Shown here: piece by piece, positions 19,500-29,662 of the stretch
Position numbering within the stretch: the stretch's first letter is position 1
Layout of the letters: each line of letters starts with the position of its first letter
Virus record (IMG/VR): IMGVR_UViG_3300010885_080481
Length of the DNA: 64,000 bases
Strand: one strand, 5' to 3'
Source of the DNA: a virus
Taxonomy: Duplodnaviria; Caudoviricetes
Position numbers and translations under genes: made by a program
Notes under the pieces: generated by a model
What the model saw: the letters and a program-made list of their open reading frames with translations, nothing else
Databases searched by the model: none
Told to the model about the DNA's origin: nothing

Positions 19500-19536
19500 G
19501 AATATAAATTCTTAAGCGTGTTTGCGTTGATATGAG

Positions 19537-19570
19537 TGCCACTTAATTTTAAGTGGCATTTGTATTTTTT
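19537..19570 (+). terminator. Intrinsic terminator
   Basis: TGCCACTT / AAGTGGCA stem followed by a T-rich tract. Confidence 0.6.
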
Positions 19571-19594
19571 TGTTATTTGTTGTATTTTAGTTTC

Positions 19595-20020
19595 ATGTCG
19601 CCTGAAAAAGAAAAAATTCTTTGTGAAAAGTATCCAAAGATTTTTAAATCTAGTCAACACAATGATGAACCTATCGAGATGTGGGGGTTCGAATGTAATG
19701 ATGGTTGGTTTGAATTGATTGATACTTTGTGTAACAAAATCCAATCTCATGTAGATTGGAGATCTAAAAATCTTCAAGACGCAAGTGAGCTTGAGGATTT
19801 GCAGGTCAAGGCTGAACAAGTGAAAGAGAAATTTGGAGGTCTTCGTTTCTATGTATCACGTGGAGATGATATCATTGATGCATTCATTTCTTTCGCAGAG
19901 ACAATGTCTATGAAGATCTGCGAAACCTGCGGCCAACCAGGACAACAAAAAAATGTAAGTGGCTGGATACATACTGCCTGTGATCCATGCTTTGAGAAAA
20001 GAGCGTGGAGAACAACATGA
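19595..20020 (+). CDS. Conserved phage protein with C-terminal Zn finger
   Basis: 'WGFECNDGW...QVKEKFGGLRFY...ICETCGQPG...GWIHTAC'. Confidence 0.65.
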   Translation: MSPEKEKILCEKYPKIFKSSQHNDEPIEMWGFECNDGWFELIDTLCNKIQSHVDWRSKNLQDASELEDLQVKAEQVKEKFGGLRFYVSRGDDIIDAFISFAETMSMKICETCGQPGQQKNVSGWIHTACDPCFEKRAWRTT

Positions 20021-20787
20021 AGAAAGTTGAGTTTAAAGATGGACTTGCTATTAATGGCGATTCTTCTTCAAGAGATACACTTGAAGAAGTTAAAGCGTGG
20101 CTAGGCGAAGCAGGAGGTGTACCTCTAGTTGCAACCGATCCTCCTTACGGCAACATTGTTATGCAGGAATGGGATCGGGTAAAAATGACTGATGATCAAT
20201 ACGCCGACCATATGATCCAATGGACTCGATTGTGGTCGGAAGTTTTACTTCAAGGAGGAGCATTCTATGTCTGGGGAGGTATTGGACTTCCTAATTTCAG
20301 GCCTTTTATCAAGTACCTCACACGTGTTGAAGACGATAACTTTAAGATGGCCAATCTCATTACCTGGTCAAAGAAGCGGGCATATGGAGTCCAGAACAAC
20401 TATCTCTTTACGCGTGAAGAACTCGCCTACTTCATCAAAGGAAATCCAAAGAAGCCCTTGAAGTTCAACATACCATTGCTTGAGACAAAGCGAGGTTATG
20501 CTGGATACAATGAAAAGTATCCAGCCAAGAGCGAATTCTATCGTCGGACCAACGTGTGGATGGACATCAACGAGATATTCAAGGGAAAGCTTCATCCCAC
20601 TCAGAAAGCAGAAAGAGTTGTTGAGATTCCGATTGAAGTCCATACAGATCCAGGCGATGTTGTAATTGATCCGTTTGCCGGCAGCGGTGCAACTGCTTTC
20701 GCCGCTAGGAAGTTAGGCAGGAAGTTTATCGTTATTGAAAAAGATGAAGAGATCTTTGAAAAGATGATACAACGCCTTGTCGATTAA
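20017..20787 (+). CDS. Amino-DNA methyltransferase (m6A/m4C, beta class)
   Basis: Motif IV 'TDPPYG' precedes 'HPTQK' and motif I 'VIDPFAGSG'. Confidence 0.85.
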   Translation: MKKVEFKDGLAINGDSSSRDTLEEVKAWLGEAGGVPLVATDPPYGNIVMQEWDRVKMTDDQYADHMIQWTRLWSEVLLQGGAFYVWGGIGLPNFRPFIKYLTRVEDDNFKMANLITWSKKRAYGVQNNYLFTREELAYFIKGNPKKPLKFNIPLLETKRGYAGYNEKYPAKSEFYRRTNVWMDINEIFKGKLHPTQKAERVVEIPIEVHTDPGDVVIDPFAGSGATAFAARKLGRKFIVIEKDEEIFEKMIQRLVD

Positions 20788-20811
20788 AAATATTCTAAAA
20801 AAAGATAAACT

Positions 20812-21645
20812 ATGAAATTAGCATGGGCAACGGACATTCATTTAGACTGCGTAGGCGATGTACCAGAGAAGGTTTCGTTGCTTGCAAAATCTTCAAATAA
20901 TTGTGAGTCTTTGATCATAACAGGGGATATTACAATTGCCCCATTGTTGATACAACACCTACAACTTATAGAAAGTATCCTACAAAAACCTTTTTATTTC
21001 GTGCTTGGAAACCACGATTATTATTTTTCAGACATTATCTCGACACGTCAGAAGGTTGCCCAGGCATGTAATTCGTTGTCTTTTGCAAGATATCTTGCTA
21101 CAGTTCCTTACATCAGAATAAAACGAGATGTAGCTTTGGTAGGACATGATGGGTGGTATGATGCGTTGAATGGTAACTACAATAACAACGAAATTTTAAT
21201 GAATGATTGGATCAGGATTTCTGACTTTTCAGTTGCAATGAGAACTGTCTCTAATTCTCAGGTCATCAATAAAGAAGTCATAGTTCGAATAGCAAGAGCC
21301 ATTTGTCAAGCTTCGGTGAACCACGTTGCGAATGGGATCAAATCAGCGATTCGTGATAAAAATTCTTGCATAGTCGTAGCTACTCACGTTCCTCCATTCA
21401 AAGAATCTTACAACAGCGAAAAATACAATAATATAAATTTCTCTTCAGTTTTACCTTGGTATACATCTAAAACTATGGGAGATATGTTAATGAAAGCTGC
21501 TAAGACGTATCCTCACGTAAAGTTCGTTGTTCTTTCTGGACATGCTCATAGTCATTACGATGAGGATCTTCTTAACAATTTAAACGTTCGAGTAGGAAAA
21601 TCTGCATATGGATCGCCACAGATTGCGGGGTACGTCGATATTTAA
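20812..21645 (+). CDS. Calcineurin-like metallophosphoesterase
   Basis: 'TDIH', 'TGD', 'GNHD', 'THVPP', 'SGHAH'. Confidence 0.85.
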   Translation: MKLAWATDIHLDCVGDVPEKVSLLAKSSNNCESLIITGDITIAPLLIQHLQLIESILQKPFYFVLGNHDYYFSDIISTRQKVAQACNSLSFARYLATVPYIRIKRDVALVGHDGWYDALNGNYNNNEILMNDWIRISDFSVAMRTVSNSQVINKEVIVRIARAICQASVNHVANGIKSAIRDKNSCIVVATHVPPFKESYNSEKYNNINFSSVLPWYTSKTMGDMLMKAAKTYPHVKFVVLSGHAHSHYDEDLLNNLNVRVGKSAYGSPQIAGYVDI

Positions 21646-21664
21646 AATTCAGAGAGGTTCATAC

Positions 21665-22195
21665 ATGAAGAGAGCGCTTCTCTTGAATTTTAACGGTGAA
21701 CCATTACAGTTCATAGACGGCCCACGAGCCATTAAACTGATGTTGAAAGGAAGAGCAGAGGTCGCTTCTGGTATGACAGGAGAACCTTGCTTTTGGGATG
21801 AAACAATTGCTACACCTTCATCCAAATTTAGACTGCCAGCAGTTCTTCGATTGAAGTACTACGTCAACAAAAGGACGTATAAAAAGCCTGCTCGATTTCA
21901 AAAGAAAGTTTTATTCAACAGAGACGCGTGGAAATGTCAGTATTGTGGTGTCGAATTAAATTATTCTGCTATTACAGTTGATCACGTTTTTCCAGCTTCT
22001 CGTGGTGGCAAGACTACATGGAAAAATTGCGTAGCTGCTTGTAAACTATGTAATAACAGCAAAGGTAATAAAACCCCTGAGGAAGCAGGTATGAGGTTAT
22101 TAAAGCAGCCTCATGAACCGACCACGCTACATTACTGGGATCTAAATAAAACTTCTACGTGGTATGACGATTGGAATTTATTTGTAATAGCATAA
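21665..22195 (+). CDS. HNH endonuclease
   Basis: 'CQYCG...TVDHV...GGKTTWKNCVAACKLCNNSKG'. Confidence 0.9.
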   Translation: MKRALLLNFNGEPLQFIDGPRAIKLMLKGRAEVASGMTGEPCFWDETIATPSSKFRLPAVLRLKYYVNKRTYKKPARFQKKVLFNRDAWKCQYCGVELNYSAITVDHVFPASRGGKTTWKNCVAACKLCNNSKGNKTPEEAGMRLLKQPHEPTTLHYWDLNKTSTWYDDWNLFVIA

Positions 22196-22268
22196 TTTTT
22201 TGCTTCTCCCGTCGTTTCGCGTAGTAATATAAGGATTACGTAATAGTTATGACAGGAGCTTTGTATTC

Positions 22269-23357
22269 ATGCGTCTAAGAATAACAGACCTACAAAAAAT
22301 TGTCGAGCAGACAATTCAAGAAAAGCAGGCAATTGATAGTTTTTGTGAGGAAATAAAGAAAGCGTTCGGCCCAACAGTTATTGTTTCCAACACGCTAGAG
22401 TCTCTTGTAGAGCAAGCAAATTATCGTTTGGATGTTCTAGAAAGAACAGGCCGAGAGTCTTACATACCTTTTTCTTCAAAGATTGCATTGTCGCTGTCTT
22501 CGCACAAAGATCCAGAAGTTAGACGTTTAGTTGTCAGGTTGCTTCCTGAACATGCTGCTGTCAGCTTCATTAAGGATAAAGACTCCAAGGTGCGCGCCGC
22601 GGCCGCAAAAAAGTCTCCTTTAAAGTTAGTAGAAAGCGTGGCAAAGATTCATAGGGACGATGATCTTTTGCAAGACGTACTATTTCAAAAGCGTCTTGTC
22701 GAAGAAAAGTCTGCCTTTACCCAAGCTCAGCAAGGACCTCAAGATGAAGATGAATTTTTGAGTGATTGGTGGTATGAAAAAACAGCTCGTCAATTGATTC
22801 AAGATTATGGCCGGACTTTAGATACAACATGGGTACCAGCAGCAGTAAGTCAGGTTTGTTCCAATAGATCAGTCAATAGATACAACGTTGATCCTTATAA
22901 ACTGATGAAAGTCGTTGTGAAGATCCTTGCAGATCGTGATTCAGAGAAATTTGACAGGTTGGAGAATGCTCAGGTAGTTATAAAAGAATCTGCAAATGCT
23001 TCGTTCATAGGTGAAAATGAAATGACAGATTTAGTATCTGAGCTGTTAGAATCTAAACTGTCTCAGAGTGAGTACTTACATCGAGCAGATGTCATATTCG
23101 GTATCAAGTATGCTTTGATTCCACCCGGCATAAAGAAGCATACTTTAGGTGAAGTTAAGACTGGCAATGTTGAAGTTCCAATCGTGGGTTCTTTACCGCA
23201 TTTACTTTCCCCTCGTTTCGTAGATGAGAGAGCTTTGGATACTTACGTTAACTATTGGAATTCTCGTCAATCATTAAAAGGTGAACCCTACAAGTTGTCA
23301 TGGACTTCTCACGTTAGTTCCCAAAATAAAATTAATTTTCACCTGGAGTTGAAATAA
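22269..23357 (+). CDS. Putative virion-internal protein with shared N-terminal peptide and short HEAT-like repeats
   Basis: MRLRITDLQKIVEQ...; 'KDPEVRRLVV', 'KDSKVRAAAA'; ATAGTTA at 22243. Confidence 0.6.
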   Translation: MRLRITDLQKIVEQTIQEKQAIDSFCEEIKKAFGPTVIVSNTLESLVEQANYRLDVLERTGRESYIPFSSKIALSLSSHKDPEVRRLVVRLLPEHAAVSFIKDKDSKVRAAAAKKSPLKLVESVAKIHRDDDLLQDVLFQKRLVEEKSAFTQAQQGPQDEDEFLSDWWYEKTARQLIQDYGRTLDTTWVPAAVSQVCSNRSVNRYNVDPYKLMKVVVKILADRDSEKFDRLENAQVVIKESANASFIGENEMTDLVSELLESKLSQSEYLHRADVIFGIKYALIPPGIKKHTLGEVKTGNVEVPIVGSLPHLLSPRFVDERALDTYVNYWNSRQSLKGEPYKLSWTSHVSSQNKINFHLELK

Positions 23358-23914
23358 TGAAAAAGAAATTGTCTGAATCGATGGAGGTCGTTTTAACAGT
23401 TGAGCCTAACCTCAGCATTGTAACAGAAAATATGCTTGCGGAGTGGGGTGGAACGCCTTACTCTCAGCTGTCTGTTGTGTTAGTTCACCTAAAGTTTTTA
23501 GCAGAAATCCATCAGAATCATCATTGGACTTGCATGAGTGATCCTTTTTATGGAGATCATTTACTTTTTGCTCGTATTTATGATGCCACAAAATGTGAGA
23601 TTGATTCCGTCGCTGAGAAGTCTATTGGCATGGGTTCTGTTGCAAACGTAGATCTACGTTTGATGACTTCTCAATTATTGAAGCTTGTTTCTGGTTATGG
23701 AATGACATCTACGATTCCTCAATCTTCCGATTTAGCTCGCAGATCTTTACTAGCTGAAATGAATTTCTTGAAAGTGATCGATCACATGATGGTTTCTTTA
23801 GACGAATGTGGGATGTTATCTAACGGAATAGACAACATGTTACAAGGAATCGCTGATGTGCATGAAGGTCACGTGTACCTCTTAAAACAGAGATGCACTA
23901 AGGGAATGTATTGA
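23357..23914 (+). CDS. Ferritin/Dps-like four-helix protein
   Basis: 'HQNHHW...FYGDHLLF..IYD...IDSVAE...DNMLQGIADVHEGHVYLLKQ'. Confidence 0.7.
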   Translation: MKKKLSESMEVVLTVEPNLSIVTENMLAEWGGTPYSQLSVVLVHLKFLAEIHQNHHWTCMSDPFYGDHLLFARIYDATKCEIDSVAEKSIGMGSVANVDLRLMTSQLLKLVSGYGMTSTIPQSSDLARRSLLAEMNFLKVIDHMMVSLDECGMLSNGIDNMLQGIADVHEGHVYLLKQRCTKGMY

Positions 23915-23921
23915 GGGATAT

Positions 23922-24392
23922 ATGAAACTAACAGCTTCAAAATTACGACAAATTGTTAGAGAAGAAGTCAGTCTTGCAAAATCAGAAGATTCAACCAGAT
24001 TTTTACATGGATCAGATTCAGGTCATCCGATGGACGATGAAGGATACATGGCAAAATCGCAAATCGCTTCTTTAAAAGAAATGGCAACAGAAGTTTGTGA
24101 TCTTCTTAACAATGAAGATCAATTACCAGGTTGGGTTCAAAGTCACATCGCAGTAGCACATGAAAATCTTCAACAGGTTCATGGATATCTAATGGGCGAT
24201 GAAAAGATGAGAAGCCAACACCAACCTCAAAGCATGATGCCTCTTGTTCCAGAAAGTTTCAAACGCTTCAACAAACTCGCCGAAGGGCACAATAGAATTA
24301 CAACTCAAGAAATTGAAGAGTGGAAAAAGGGGAATTGGGGATTTCTTGAAGAAGATTTGAATGAATCTTCAAAAGATGATGAAGATTACTGA
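23922..24392 (+). CDS. Hypothetical protein with shared N-terminal peptide
   Basis: MKLTASKLRQIVREEV...; core 'DEGYMAKSQI...QLPGWVQSHI'. Confidence 0.65.
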   Translation: MKLTASKLRQIVREEVSLAKSEDSTRFLHGSDSGHPMDDEGYMAKSQIASLKEMATEVCDLLNNEDQLPGWVQSHIAVAHENLQQVHGYLMGDEKMRSQHQPQSMMPLVPESFKRFNKLAEGHNRITTQEIEEWKKGNWGFLEEDLNESSKDDEDY

Positions 24393-24449
24393 TAATTTAT
24401 CATAATTTTTTTTGATAAATTTACTTGCTCTTTGTGTATAGTCACATAT

Positions 24450-25520
24450 ATGCAAAGAGCAGTTTGTTTTGATGATGTTCTTTTAATCCCTCAATTCTCA
24501 GATATCGAGAGCAGATCTCATGTAGATCTTTCAGTGACTGGATTTGAATCATCTTTTGCAAGGTTAACTGACAAACATAGAGATTTAAAATGTCCTATAG
24601 TCGGTTCTCCTATGGACACCGTGATGGGTCCTCAATCTGCTGCAACCATAGCCAAATTTGGAGGGTTTGGGATTTTACATCGTTACTGCTCGATTGAAAA
24701 TTCCAAACAGATGTTTTTTGAAACAATAAGCTTGATGTCTGATGAACTTGATTCATCTCAACACCTGGTTCAAAATGTTATGGTCGCTATCGGAGCAACA
24801 AACGACTATTTAGAACGTGCCACTGAACTTTACAATGCTGGTTGCAGAGCTTTTTGCGTAGACGTAGCTCATGGTCATCACATAAACGTAAAAAATGCTT
24901 TAAGCAAGTTAAGATCCAAGTTCGGAAAAAAAATTCATGTCATGACGGGAAATGTCGCGACACTAGACGCCTTTAATGATCTTGCTGATTGGGGTTCTGA
25001 TTCTATCAGAACAGGGGTAGGAGGAGGATCCATGTGTACGACTAGAATTCGTACAGGTCATGGCGTACCCACTTTACAATCAATAATCGATTGTTCAAAG
25101 TCTGATAGAGATGTTTATATCGTTGCAGACGGTGGAATAAGAAACAGTGGTGACGCTGTCAAAGCTCTTGCAGCTGGTGCTGATATGGTCATGTTAGGAT
25201 CTATTCTCGCCGGTCATGATGAATCGCCTGGAACTATCATCTTAAAAGATCATCAGCGTTTTAAGAAATTTCGTGGCATGGCTTCAAGAGAAGCGCAGCT
25301 TGAATGGCGTGGCAAGGTATCAGTCTCTGAAGGTGAATCTACCTTTGTTCCTTATAAGGGTTCTCTAAGTGATACGTTGACTGATCTTTTAGAAGGAATT
25401 CGTTCAGGTTTATCTTATTCAGGAGCAAAAACGATTAGAGAATTGCGTGCTAAGTCCAAATTTACCGGAGTGACATCCAATGGGGTCCTAGAAAATGGAC
25501 CCCACGGAAAAAAGTATTGA
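24450..25520 (+). CDS. IMP dehydrogenase / GMP reductase family enzyme (no CBS domains)
   Basis: 'FDDVLLIP', 'SPMDTV', 'VDVAHGH', 'GNVAT', 'GVGGGSMCTTR', 'ADGGI', 'KALAAGAD', 'FRGMAS'. Confidence 0.9.
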   Translation: MQRAVCFDDVLLIPQFSDIESRSHVDLSVTGFESSFARLTDKHRDLKCPIVGSPMDTVMGPQSAATIAKFGGFGILHRYCSIENSKQMFFETISLMSDELDSSQHLVQNVMVAIGATNDYLERATELYNAGCRAFCVDVAHGHHINVKNALSKLRSKFGKKIHVMTGNVATLDAFNDLADWGSDSIRTGVGGGSMCTTRIRTGHGVPTLQSIIDCSKSDRDVYIVADGGIRNSGDAVKALAAGADMVMLGSILAGHDESPGTIILKDHQRFKKFRGMASREAQLEWRGKVSVSEGESTFVPYKGSLSDTLTDLLEGIRSGLSYSGAKTIRELRAKSKFTGVTSNGVLENGPHGKKY

Positions 25521-25526
25521 CTTAAA

Positions 25527-25994
25527 TCATTTTTCACTAGGCCACTTTCCAGTGGCCTTATGCATCATCCAAGCTGCCGCAGCTGCAGGATCTTCTGCCC
25601 ATCCTGAAACTTTTTTCATTTTTTGAGCAAAGCTTTTTGTTCCTTTAAGAATTTTTTGCGCTGTCTTCTTTGAGGGACCTTTTTTCTTTTTTGCTTCGCT
25701 CATTGTGTCGCAAGAACAACCACCAGTTGGTTGTAAGCTCATCATTCCGCACATTGGACAAACGTTACTGTCTTGGCAAGAACATTGAGCAACTGGCATT
25801 CCGCATGCTCCACAGATTTCCGAAACAGGCTCTTCGTGCGAACCACATCCGCAACTATCCGTTGAATCAACGTCAACAGGCATCATCCCACATTCTGAAC
25901 ATGAATCCATCTCGCTTCTCACCCCTACAGCAGGTTCTCCTGCGTAAGACCCAACAGGTTCTCCAAACATCTCCACCAAATTTTTATTCTTCAT
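25527..25994 (-). CDS. Cys-rich hypothetical protein
   Basis: Start MKNKNLVE at 25994 with ATATTTA upstream; CxxC/CxC motifs; basic C-terminus. Confidence 0.6.
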   Translation of the reverse strand: MKNKNLVEMFGEPVGSYAGEPAVGVRSEMDSCSECGMMPVDVDSTDSCGCGSHEEPVSEICGACGMPVAQCSCQDSNVCPMCGMMSLQPTGGCSCDTMSEAKKKKGPSKKTAQKILKGTKSFAQKMKKVSGWAEDPAAAAAWMMHKATGKWPSEK

Positions 25995-26046
25995 GTGTTT
26001 AAATATGCGGTTGCATGAGATCATAATTTGGAAAAGAAAATTTGCG

Positions 26047-26076
26047 GTGCAAATTAAAACTTCCATCGAATATAAT
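26047..26076 (+). promoter_or_regulatory. Putative promoter GTGCAA-N18-TATAAT of dnaE
   Basis: Perfect -10 hexamer 13 nt before ATG 26090. Confidence 0.65.
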
Positions 26077-26089
26077 GGGTGATAGACAA

Positions 26090-29000
26090 ATGAGTTCAAA
26101 CTTACCTACAAGATTCGTTGGCCTTCATGCGCACTCGACGTTTTCGCAATACGACGGCCTTGACTATCCTCAAGAACATATTGATTATGTTCTAGAGAAT
26201 GGTATGGATGCGTGGTCATTGACGGATCACGGTAACATGAATGGCTTCTGTCATGCGTTTCTTCACACTGAGAAGATGAAAAAGTCAGGAAAGAATTTTA
26301 AGTTCATTCCTGGCTGCGAGATGTACGTCCATCCTGATCTTGGACAGTGGAAAAAAGATCTTGAAGCTTCCAAAGCGAAACCTGCCAAGGACGAGTCGAT
26401 CATCACTCCCATCACCGCAGTTGTTGACGGTGATGATGAAACGACCGATGTAGGTACTGATGAAGCTGCTCTAACGGTTGAGAATGAGGATGAGACGAAG
26501 TCAGGTAAGTACAATGACCCTGTGAAGAGACGACATCATCTCGTCGTCTTGCCAAAAACGTCAACTGGTCTTCAACGGCTGTTTCATTTGGTGTCTAGAG
26601 GCTATCTAGAGGGATTTTATCGTTTTCCCCGCATTGACTATTCGATGTTGAAAGAGGCGGCAAAGGGAGATCATCTCATGATCAGTACCGCTTGTCTCGG
26701 CGGGCCGTTGGCATTTGATGCCTTCGAACAGCTACAAAAAGTCCCGTTTGAAGAACTGAAGCACCAACTTCTCAACGACAAGTCGTTGCTCGATCGAATC
26801 ATTGCGACAATGAGCAACACCTACGATAAGCTCGTTGATGCAGTCGGTAGAAATAACGTGTGCCTTGAGCTTCAGTTCAATAAACTACCAGCTCAGCATC
26901 TTGTCAATCGAGCACTTATCGAATTTGCTAAGAGAAATTCTCTTCGTGACAGGGTCGTAGTGACATGTGATTCTCATTATTCTCGTCCAGAGAATTGGAA
27001 AGAACGGGAGATTTATAAGAAGTTAGGTTGGCTCAACTATCAAAACTTTGATCCCAGCCTACTTCCAAAATCCAAAGATGATTTGAAGTGTGAGTTGTAT
27101 CCGAAAAATGCCAAGCAGGTTTGGGAGTCGTATCTCACAACGACGGAAGGCATGGATTTCTATGACGATGAATTCGTCAAAGATGCGATCGAGCGTACTC
27201 ACGATATCGTCCACAATGAGCTCGGTGACATTCAACCTGACAAGACCATGAAGCTTCCTTCATACGTGATTCCTGAAGGATCCACTGAAGATAAGGCTCT
27301 GGTGTCTGCTTGCAAAAACGGGTTGAAGTGGCGTGGTCTGGATGATAGATCTGATTATATCGAAAGGATCAGGTATGAGCTTGGCATCATCAAGGGGAAG
27401 AAGTTCTCTCGATACTTCTTGACGATGAAAGCAATCATGGACATCGCCCGCGAGCACATGCTGATCGGCCCAGGCCGCGGATCGGCCGCCGGTTCACTTG
27501 TGGCCTATGTTCTTGGAATTACGAATTTGGATCCAATTGAATATGATCTTTCTTTTGAAAGATTCTTGAATCCATCTAGAACAGGTGCCCCTGACATCGA
27601 TTCTGACATCTCCGACCGTGATCTTCTCATCGAGCTTCTCAGAAAGAATCTCGGTGACAGGAACGTCATTCCCATCTCAAACTACAATACCTTTAGACTT
27701 AAGAGTCTCATCAAGGACATCGCTCGATTCTACAGTATTCCGTTCGAGGAAGTCAATGCAGCACTTGCACCCGTCGAGGATGACGTAAAGAAAGAAGTCT
27801 TTAAACCAGGTACTGATAAGAATCTTTTCGTTCTTACATACGAAGATGCAATCAAGTACTCCAAATCTCTACAAGATTTCATTGCGGCGCACCCTGAGGT
27901 CGCTGAACCCATCGAGATCCTGTTTAAGCAGAATCGTTCTCTAGGTCGACATGCAGGTGGAGTCATCGTTTCAGAAGACATTGCTGAGAGAATGCCGTTG
28001 ATCTTGGCTCGCGGTGAGGCCCAGACGCCTTGGGTGGAAGGCATGAACTATAAACACCTTGAAGAGTTTGGGTGGATCAAGTTCGACTTGCTGGGTCTCG
28101 AAACTCTACGAATCATTGAGCGTTGCATCGGTTTGATCCTTGAACGTCGTGAAGGTGTGAAAAACCCAGATTTTAATCAGATCAAGGCTTGGTTTGATAA
28201 ACACATGGACCCTAAGAACATTGATTTGAATGATCAAAAGGTCTATGAATATGTGTATCATGAAGGGAGATTTGCAGGCATCTTCCAATTAACGCAGACC
28301 GGTGCCCAACGGTTATTCACGAAGGCAAAACCTCGTAGCATCATCGATATTGCGACCTTGACTTCAATCTATCGTCCTGGTCCCCTCGCCGCAAACGTTG
28401 ATAAACTCTACATTGATGCCAAGAACAATCCTGATAAGATTGATTATCAACATCCATTGATCAAGAAGGTCCTCGAATCAACGTACGGATGCATCATCTT
28501 CCAGGAGCAAACGATGCGTCTCTGCTCCGTGGTTGCAGGCTTTCCTGAGGCCGAGACAGACACCATCCGTCGTAACATCATGAAGCGTAGCGCATCGAAG
28601 AAAGACGATGCGGCCGCGGATGCTCGTAAGGCAAAGGAAGAGTTTATCACCGGAGCAGTTAGGAATGGCGTCAATGAGAAGGTGGCCTCTGAGCTTTATG
28701 ACAAGATTCTCTTCTTCTCAGGGTATGGCTTCAACGCATCTCACGCTGTGTCTTATGCCATTGATTCTTATTACTGTGCTTGGCTCTTGACGTATTACGA
28801 AGAGGAATGGCTTTGCGCATACCTTGAGTCCATGTCGGGAAACGATGAGAAACGCGCTAAGGCTTTCTCTGAGGTAAAAGCTCTAGGTTATAAGATCGTT
28901 CCCGTTGACGTCAACTACGCTACAAAGAGTTGGACCATCTTAGAAGGTAAGCGGTTCATGCCAAGCTTCTTGTCTTGTAAGGGCATCGGAGAGGCAGCCA

Positions 29001-29662
29001 TTGATGAAATCATCGAGAATCGACCATACAAGAACGTTGAGGAAATGTTGTGGAACGATGACGGATCCTGGAAACACTCTAAATTTAACAAACGAGCTTT
29101 TGAAGGTCTCATCTCCATTCGAGCGTTTGATTCTCTTGATTGTGTTGGAGAAGGAAAAACATTTAATAGCTATAAACAGATGCGTCATATCTTGATCGAT
29201 AGAGGTAATGATATCAAGAAGACCACTAAGAAAAATCCCACTCTTGGCATGGAGAACTTTAGAAATATCTTGATAGAGACGGACGACATAGATGAGTGGA
29301 CTCGAGGTGAGCTCGTTGATAACAGTGTGAAGTACTTGGGATCTTTCAACTCTAACATCCTCGTTTCTCAAGACCTAATCGAAAAGCTTGAGTCAAAAGG
29401 AGTCAAATCTATCGACTTCATAGAGCAAACAGACGTTTATTGGTTTATCATCTCAGACACTAAGGAAAAAAAGACGAAGAACGGAAAACCATACTTGCTT
29501 CTCACGGCAATGGGACTTGGAGGACAAACTCGTCGAATCTTCTGTTGGGGGTGGGATGGTCACACTGAACTGCCAAAGTATTCCACCTGCATCGCAGAGA
29601 TCACTGTTGACAACTACGGTAATAAAACTTTCATGAGTAAGGTTAAGGTAATCGATGAATAA
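26090..29662 (+). CDS. dnaE: DNA polymerase III alpha subunit (family C)
   Basis: PHP motifs 'HAHS', 'TDHG', 'GCE', 'DSH'; 'GPGRGSAAGS', 'FERFLNP', catalytic 'PDIDSD', 'HAGG', 'KFDLLGL', 'YGFNASH'. Confidence 0.95.
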   Translation: MSSNLPTRFVGLHAHSTFSQYDGLDYPQEHIDYVLENGMDAWSLTDHGNMNGFCHAFLHTEKMKKSGKNFKFIPGCEMYVHPDLGQWKKDLEASKAKPAKDESIITPITAVVDGDDETTDVGTDEAALTVENEDETKSGKYNDPVKRRHHLVVLPKTSTGLQRLFHLVSRGYLEGFYRFPRIDYSMLKEAAKGDHLMISTACLGGPLAFDAFEQLQKVPFEELKHQLLNDKSLLDRIIATMSNTYDKLVDAVGRNNVCLELQFNKLPAQHLVNRALIEFAKRNSLRDRVVVTCDSHYSRPENWKEREIYKKLGWLNYQNFDPSLLPKSKDDLKCELYPKNAKQVWESYLTTTEGMDFYDDEFVKDAIERTHDIVHNELGDIQPDKTMKLPSYVIPEGSTEDKALVSACKNGLKWRGLDDRSDYIERIRYELGIIKGKKFSRYFLTMKAIMDIAREHMLIGPGRGSAAGSLVAYVLGITNLDPIEYDLSFERFLNPSRTGAPDIDSDISDRDLLIELLRKNLGDRNVIPISNYNTFRLKSLIKDIARFYSIPFEEVNAALAPVEDDVKKEVFKPGTDKNLFVLTYEDAIKYSKSLQDFIAAHPEVAEPIEILFKQNRSLGRHAGGVIVSEDIAERMPLILARGEAQTPWVEGMNYKHLEEFGWIKFDLLGLETLRIIERCIGLILERREGVKNPDFNQIKAWFDKHMDPKNIDLNDQKVYEYVYHEGRFAGIFQLTQTGAQRLFTKAKPRSIIDIATLTSIYRPGPLAANVDKLYIDAKNNPDKIDYQHPLIKKVLESTYGCIIFQEQTMRLCSVVAGFPEAETDTIRRNIMKRSASKKDDAAADARKAKEEFITGAVRNGVNEKVASELYDKILFFSGYGFNASHAVSYAIDSYYCAWLLTYYEEEWLCAYLESMSGNDEKRAKAFSEVKALGYKIVPVDVNYATKSWTILEGKRFMPSFLSCKGIGEAAIDEIIENRPYKNVEEMLWNDDGSWKHSKFNKRAFEGLISIRAFDSLDCVGEGKTFNSYKQMRHILIDRGNDIKKTTKKNPTLGMENFRNILIETDDIDEWTRGELVDNSVKYLGSFNSNILVSQDLIEKLESKGVKSIDFIEQTDVYWFIISDTKEKKTKNGKPYLLLTAMGLGGQTRRIFCWGWDGHTELPKYSTCIAEITVDNYGNKTFMSKVKVIDE

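Noticed and set aside
8970-29662. Inteins or introns in RecA, helicase, NrdJ or DnaE
   Set aside because: Lengths are ordinary and no C/S...HN splice motifs or LAGLIDADG blocks were seen. The acidic insert in the DnaE PHP domain is short and linker-like.
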